NCBI RefSeq assembly: GCF_009914755.1
Contig: NC_060925.1
Direction: 5' to 3' (one strand)
Origin: the human T2T-CHM13v2.0 reference genome, Homo sapiens
DNA length: 64,000 bases
The notes under the pieces: model-generated
What the model saw: the letters and a program-made list of their open reading frames with translations, nothing else
The model's database searches: none
What the model was told of the DNA's origin: nothing
In this document: in pieces, positions 56,951-64,000 of the stretch
Position numbering within the stretch: position 1 is the first letter of the stretch
Layout of the letters: every line of letters begins with the position of its first letter
Translations under genes and position numbers: made by a program

Positions 56951-57324
56951 CAACAAAGCAAGTAGCTTGTTCATTGTGTAATTAATTCCCTAACGTCTCA
57001 GACAGAAGATAACTTGGCTTTACACAGATTATCTCTTCCTTGCATTTAATAGCAAGACAATTCTATTGTGTTGTCTTCTTGGTACCAAGCAGAGAAAACT
57101 GGTTGAGATAAAATTCACTTAGATGCTCTGTCTGTAGGATAATGCCCCACTTTCCTCATTTCTTCATGAGAGTGAGGCTTAGCACCCCTAACCTGAGTCT
57201 CAGTAAGAGGAGGAAGAGGCAGCGGAAATGGAATTGAAAAAAATATGATGCCAGAGATTACAGGTTGCAGAAAATGAGAAAAACACAGAAGCCTCAATGT
57301 CCTAGAGGCTAGCTCCATGAATCA

Positions 57325-57725
57325 ATGGATTAGGAACCGAAATTAGAATCAAAATACCTGTACTCAAGTTCTAATTTTCTGTTCTCTAATTGGATTAGTC
57401 AAGTCACCTAAATTTCCTGGGCCTCTGTTTTCTTCATCTGTAAAATAGACATAATGATAGCTATCTTATAGTATTATTGTGGGGATCAAATTAGATTTTG
57501 AATGTGAAGTATAGTGTGATAATTTAAAAATGGGCTTTGGAGTCTACTAAATATGAGTATGCTTATTAATTGTGCGACTGTAGACAGCCTAAAACTCCTC
57601 GAGTCATAGTTTGCTTGAAAAATGGGCATTATAAAGGAATGATACATGGTATAAAATAATGTATACAAAGTGTTGAGCACAGTACTTGATACAAAGCAGG
57701 CACACAACAAATAGTAATTATTTTA
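57325..57725 (+). mobile_element. Two tandem MIR fragments
   Basis: gggcctctgttttcttcatctgtaaaatag and gtatacaaagtgttgagcacagtac. Confidence 0.65.
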
Positions 57726-59364
57726 TAATGATTAATAAAATATAAAATTCCATACAACTGCAAGGAGTATATCCTTGGGACTGATGGAGAAAGAGGTATC
57801 AACACCAGGTGCTCTGCTCATTAAGTAAACCATCATTGAGGAAAAATATAAGCATATCCAGAAAATAAAGCTAAAAGCCTGTCATTAAAACTCAGAAGTA
57901 ATTGATAAGTGTTTCATGAAGAAAATATTTACAAGAGGCAGGATTAAAGAATGGATGGACTAGGAAACAGAAAGGGCCAACCTGCTACAAAAAGTACAAA
58001 CAAATAACATTGGGTGAGCCAGGTGATAAAGCCAGAGAACAAACAACGCCAGGTTTACATGCAGGTAAGGTTACTGCCAGTACAGGCACAAGCCCTTAAG
58101 GGAGCTAAGCCGAGCTACTGGGAGGACATCCAGGCAGAAGGAACAATATGAACAAAGCTGCTGTAGCATCAAAGCATCAAAGCACTGAGCATGGACCAAG
58201 GGAAGATGGATAATCACCTTCCCCAGGGGTGAGCCTGAGTTTGACGTTTCTCTGGCCTGTCATAATCAGAAGTAAAGTACAGGGAGACTCAGCAAGCCAG
58301 GATCTGATCTTTCAGTTCTCCTTGAGAGCAAAGCAAAGGAAGAACTGAAAGCATGTATGGGCTTTTATCACCAAATTCCATCACAGAACAGAGGTCTTAG
58401 AAGGACAGGATGTACCACCTCCCTTTGCTGATGGTAAAAACAAGGCAAGTCACAGAGCAAATTCCAGCACACTGCAGGGTCTCAGGGTGCAGATGGACCA
58501 CCTGTGCACCAATGCTAGATATTGCTGTCAGCCAAAACCACCTGCAGAGGCCTGCATTTGCTGATTCACCATCTCAGGTGCTCAGCACACACATCCTCAG
58601 GGTAACCAAACTCCTGTCAGCAGATGTGCACTGTGCTCAGTGCAGTTCTGCTCAATGTCCTGCTCAAAAAGGAAGGCTGACACCTTGACATATGGGAGGC
58701 AGGCAAAACAAACAAAATAAACAACAACAAAAAAAAAGGAAGGTGGAGGAAACCATCCCTAGCCTCCAGCCAGTAAGCCCCAGAAAGCTCTCTAGAAAAG
58801 TCTGGGCTGGGAGTCCCTCTCTGCATTTTCTAACACAGGGAAAGAGATGTGGAGCATCATTATCATTCCTTTTCTGGCTCCAAGTGCTCAACAACTTTTT
58901 CCATATCCCCGTGGCCTCCATCCCAGAGGAAGCATCCCTGGTAGCCATCATACCAAAAGCCCTAATGCTGGGGGAAGAAACTTCATTCCTACCCATTAAA
59001 TCTTGGGCCTAATGAATTTCCCATTGATCTTACTTCAACTCGGGCATAAAACCCAGGGCTCTGCGCAATACAGTCACTTCTTAAAATATCCTTATAAATC
59101 ATGGCCAGCATATCCATTAATTACAGCCCAGCCAGGACTCTGGCTGTTAGTTCTGGGTGGCAACTTCATTTATCCCCACACTAAATGCTTTATTTCCATG
59201 GAGCTATTTCAGTCTTAGTCCATTACTTAGCCTACCCACCATTAAACCTCTTCAGCCATGTCATCCAAGCAGTTTTTTAAAAGGAGGTCCCCCTACCACA
59301 TTATTTTAAATTTTTAGATAAAATATCCGACTTATTCTAAAACTTTGTAGTAAACAGGGCAACG

Positions 59365-59850
59365 AAATAATAACAGGTAAACATTTAGTGAATTTTACCA
59401 TGTCCCAAATGCTATATTAACTACTTTGAATATATTAGCCCATTTAATCCACAAAACAATTCTGTAAAACAAATATTATTATTATTGTCCTAATTTTATA
59501 AATTGAGGATTGGAAAGATTAAGTAACTGGCTTAAAGTTAAGTAGGTAGGGTCATCACTGAAATACAGGTTTATCTGACTCCAAAGCTCAGAGTTTTATT
59601 GGCAGAGTTGTAGTGAGGAATTCCAAAATTATAATTGCATACCTTATTAAGCTGTTATATGAAGATATGCACTGAAAAACAAATATAGAATTTTGGGATT
59701 AAGGAGACCTTTAAAATGATTTAATTCAATTTCCATATTTAGCAGATGAGCCCAGGTCCTTTAGGGATGAGGCAAGGTGCCCGGGGTCACGAAACTCATA
59801 GAGGCAGAGCCAAGCCTCGGACCCAGGCCTCCTCACTTCTAGCCACATGC
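59365..59850 (-). mobile_element. MIR fragments (59365-59600 and ~59690-59850)
   Basis: ccatttaatccacaaaacaattctg...ttaagtaactggc...tctgactccaaagc. Confidence 0.65.
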
Positions 59851-59944
59851 TCCCTCTGCTGTGGTCTGCTGCTGTCCAAATGCTCTATTACACTGGAATT
59901 TGTTTTCCTCTGGGTACAGATGAGAGAAGAAGGATCTGTAGAGT

Positions 59945-60150
59945 GGCGTTAAGTGAATTGAATGTTCCTTCTGCAAATGAAAATGAGCGGCTAATCGGAT
60001 TCCGTAATCACTCTCTCCGATTAGAGTCACCCTCCCTCCCCCGCTGACTTCCGCACCTCTGACGTCCCTCAGTGATGACCTGCAGCATCCCCTGCTTAGT
60101 CGAAATTTGTCTCCTTACACATCTGTTCTGATCACTAAACCCGATTTACT
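59945..60150. promoter_or_regulatory. Candidate cis-regulatory element (CpG-retaining; TAATC cluster, ETS-like and CRE-like motifs)
   Basis: 10 CpGs in ~200 bp, inverted repeat ctaatcgga/tccgattag, acttccgc and tgacgtc. Confidence 0.4.
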
Positions 60151-62762
60151 TCATCCTCTAAGTGCCAGCAACAATGGCAGGCCACATAGGGGTGGGGGCC
60201 TGAGATCATGCTTGTTCTAACTGCCGAAAGCTGCAGGCTCTTACTGTTTCAGGGTAAAGTTGTGGCTCTGCAGAGGGCACAACTCAAAATCTCACAGAGG
60301 TCAGGCATGGAACTGAAATAAGGAAGTCGGTAGGTATTATTAGAAACCAGTATCTGGAGTGAAGGCAGAGCCATGGTGATGAACCACAGGGACCGCAGGC
60401 CTCCTAAAAGAGCAGCCGCTCCTCATCTCCAGCCAGTGGTTGCTGTGGATTCTCTGAGAAAATAAAATCCACAAGGGTGGGACTTCATCTCATTCCCTGC
60501 TGCATTTCCAGTGCATGAAGGGGACCTGGGGCATCGTGGGCACTCAATGCATATTTCCTCAGTGACTGAGCCTTCCACTTTGAAAACTCTACACTGCATT
60601 CTGTACTCAGTGTCCAGGCAGGAACAGCCCCTGACCTATTATGATAGGAAAGCAGTATACTTGATTGCTCTAGAATCAGGGGAACCATGTAGGGAGGTTA
60701 ATTTCAACCACAGGATATGTAAAGCCATACTGAGAGCCACATTCAAGAAAAAGGGAGTGAAGGAGGGTGGCGCATGCTCATCACCTTTATCACCAGTAAC
60801 AGCAATGCCAGCAGGGCACACTGCAAGCTTAGCAAGTGCCATGCAGTGGCAGAAAGAGCTCTGGGTGGGCAGATCTGACTTCAGGCACTGAGAAGTCATG
60901 AGACTTAAAGCAGATCTGGCCTCTCTCTGACACAGGTTCCCTGTCTTTAGAAGGAAGGGATTGGACCCACAGCCTGTAAGTTCTTTTCAGCTGTAATAGG
61001 CTTTGACACATGTTTTGTGACAGGAACACACCCAGGACTCTCCAGAGTCATTAATAAACAATGAAACAACCACCCACCTTGCCCAGCTGCTGTTTGAGAG
61101 ACCATGAAGCTCAGCAGGCAAGTGAAAGCATAAAAATCTGGAGCTCCAAAGTCTAATGCTACTATGGATGTTATTCCCATAGCTTGATTTCCCCAGCTTT
61201 AAGATCAGAGTAGCAATAGCAATCTAGACCTGTTGAGGCATCATAAAAAGATTTAAATGCATACGCATGTCTGAAATGATAGATTTGATATGTGGGTATG
61301 CATATAAACCTAGCCAGCTAATTGTCATTTGTGGATTTAACTCCTCATCCACCCATTCACACTTGTACTTTTTTTATTCCATCCTCACCAACACAGGCAC
61401 TATTTACAGTACATGTTGTCCCTAAGGAAGAGACCCAGTTCTGTCCTCTTCTCTTATTCTGTTCCACAGGCAGTTTCTATACACATGTGTGTGCGTGCAT
61501 GCATGCAGGTGTGATTGTAAGTCACTTTGTAAAATGTCAAGTGTAATCTAGCCACTCATTAATAACACCTAGCTCTGCATTTCTGGGTAAGTAACTAATT
61601 GCCGCTTTTCTTGTGTCATCTTCTCCTGCCTGTGTTGTCACTTTGGTACTTCAAGGGATCAAAATGTGGAAACTTTCAGTTCTTTAAAAATCTTATCTTC
61701 AAAGGAAAAATTCTGCGACTGACTTGAATTGACATAATTGGCTCCATATCATTATTTTTCCCTACACACGTTTTAAATTTAAAAATGCAATTTGTTTTTG
61801 TTTTTTTATTTCTGGCATCACACAAAATAATTCGTTATAATTGGGAATAAATTGCTTCTAGGAATGAATAAAGCATCCAATTGTGTTTAAAAGAAATGTG
61901 TCATTAATGTCAAGACATCCGAGAATAACTTATTTATTTGCATTCAGTCCAGAAACCAGGGCTGAGATCTATTTGGAATGGGGCTTTCAAGGAGGAAAGA
62001 TGATGCATAGGTCAGGGATCTAAAGGCTCAGGTTCCAGGACTCATGCAGCAACATGAGACCTGGCTAAAATGAAATCCAATGTCTAGGTTTTTATTTTCT
62101 CTATTAAAAGGTAGGCGAAACCAGAACCCTATCAACGGAAGTAATTTATGACACAGAAAACTCTAGAAATATTTGAATGAGCCCAGAACACCTTCTTCCT
62201 GGAAAGCAGGAATATTATAGCCATAGGTATTGAAACAGATGCACAATGGATCAAAGCACAAGTGAGTGAAATTGTCTACATTATGCATACTTTAGGAGAA
62301 AAACATTCTGGGAGTTGAACCTGAGGCTATCGGGCCTAAGAATGAGGACATATGAGAAGAGATAGGGCTGAGAGACAGACAACCCAGGCATCCACAGGTG
62401 ATGTTGTGAGTGAAATATCAATATTTCCTCCTGTGCCTCTGTACTCCATAAATCCCTAGCTAATAAGGTGCCTATGACAGAGGTGCTCTTTAATAACTAC
62501 TAGGGTGTAATAATTGATGGCATAGCCAGCTGGTTGCTATGATCAGATATAAATTAAATCATCTTTATTGTTTTATGTTTCCTCCAACTCCCTGCCCCCC
62601 ACCCAGTCCAACTACCTTTTCAGCCTCTCTTAACCAATCCTGAGAGAAGAATTTTTCTGCATCACTTATCAAATGACAAGAGCTGGAGGGAAAGAGAGAG
62701 GAAAGATGATGAGAAACAAGTCCTAAATGATTCTTGGTTCCTTGGGCCAAAGATCAGTCTCT

Positions 62763-62767
<5 letters not shown>

Positions 62768-62795
<28 letters not shown>
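62768..62795 (+). repeat. A28 homopolymer
   Basis: Read directly from the sequence. Confidence 0.95.
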
Positions 62796-62798
<3 letters not shown>

Positions 62799-62849
62799 GG
62801 GCAATTACTTCATTCCTGTACTTTCCTGCACCACAGATCTACCAATGGC

Positions 62850-63530
62850 TAAGCATTTTTCATTTAAGAAGCATGGTTTGAGGGCTTCTGATGGGCCAGG
62901 CCCTGTGCTGGACAAGATACACGATGACTAAGACAAGTCATTCTTCTTGAGGTCATTGCCTCAAGAAGTTCACAGTCAGGGTGGAGGTGGGAAAGGCAGA
63001 CAGACACACACAGGCTTGGATGAGGGGTAATAATTGCCACTGTGGAGATATTAATGGAGAACAAATGGGGGTGAGATAAATGCAATCCCAGTGGGGAAAA
63101 ACCAGGGCAGTTCTGTAGAAGCAAATGGAAAAAAAAGCTTCTTTTTAAAGGTAAGAAGCACCCTAAATCCCTTTTTCTTCTGAAAACAAGGACAGTGTCA
63201 AAGAAGATCCGAACTAACTGATTAGGATAAAATGAGGCAGACAAGGCCTGTCCTTAAATACTTCCTCTGCCTCTAACACTCTCTCTGCCCTGAGTCAAAG
63301 GGTCCAGTTAGCAGTTAAGTACCTTAAAGCAATGAAACAATCCAGGGTGGTCTGCCCCAAGCTGCCCCCAAGTCCTTACCTGGTGAACACCTATCTTTCA
63401 TTCAGTCCCATGCCAAATAATTCCTGAGTGCCTGCTAGGTGCCAGGCAATTGGCCTGGAGCTGAGGACAAAGATACGCACAAGTCTCAAACCCTGCCTTT
63501 GAGGTTGCAACCTAATTAGAAAACAGCCAC
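62850..63530 (-). mobile_element. L2 3'-end fragments (62850-63120 and 63395-63530)
   Basis: gccaggccctgtgctgga...aagttcacagtc, and tcattcag...ctgagtgcctgctaggtgccaggc. Confidence 0.6.
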
Positions 63531-63569
63531 ATGAGCAAGTAAAGGTGACCACTGTGGAAGGGATGTGAT

Positions 63570-63790
63570 TAAGGCCTGGATGCTGGCAACAAACTGCCTG
63601 GATCCAGGATCCTGGCTCTGCCACTTACTAGCTGGATGATCTTGAGCAAGTTACTCTTCCTCTGTGCCTCAGTTCCTCACCTGTATAATGAGGATAGCAA
63701 TAGTACCTACCTTGCAGGGCTATTGGGAAGAGTAAACAGGGCTATCCAAACAGTATTATTAAAGATATTAACAGCACATATTATTAATAC
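63570..63790 (+). mobile_element. MIR
   Basis: cctggctctgccacttactagctggatgatcttgagcaagttact...tgcctcagttcctcacctgtataatgagg (MIR core). Confidence 0.9.
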
Positions 63791-64000
63791 TATAGTACTA
63801 GTACTTGAACTAGAAACAATGTGCATTGCAGGCACAGAGAAAGGAGCACTATGGCTTGGTGATAAGGAGGCTTCTCAGAGGAGGTGGTATTTAGATTCAC
63901 CAACAAGGAAGTCTTTGCATTCTTTGTCCATAGGCACCTACCCAGGAGCCAGGCACATGTCACTACTGGGATACAATAGTATTGGGATACAATAGAGAAA

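Noticed and set aside
63966-63994. Short tandem duplication tgggatacaatag x2
   Set aside because: An ordinary slippage duplication at the window edge.

Overview
Primate (ape/human-type) genomic DNA with no recognisable protein-coding gene, RNA gene or prokaryotic system. AluS, AluY and an L1PA3-type LINE-1 point to a hominoid genome; the locus itself cannot be identified from sequence alone. Bases 1-26 kb are almost entirely nested transposons: old L1M, a near-full-length L1PA15/16-like element carrying a complete MST (MaLR) provirus, two Alus and a second L1, then further L1M pieces, Alus, MaLR LTRs and a MADE1. Bases 26-64 kb are L2/MIR-rich with unique islands, solo MaLR LTRs and a 5'-inverted L1PA3. 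The longer ORFs I could identify are decayed L1, MaLR or Alu frames; the rest look like chance ORFs. I found no evidence of a new biological system. The most notable structures are: (1) a locally templated, multi-junction insertion at 47.3-47.8 kb copied from 46.0-46.4 kb; (2) a twin-primed L1PA3 with a ~2.7 kb deletion and a chimeric junction ORF; (3) a CpG-retaining cluster of K50-homeodomain, ETS and CRE-like motifs at ~60 kb; (4) a 46-bp dispersed duplication; (5) a (TTTCA)9 tract. Subfamily names and the boundaries of old repeats were assigned by eye and need RepeatMasker/Dfam confirmation.
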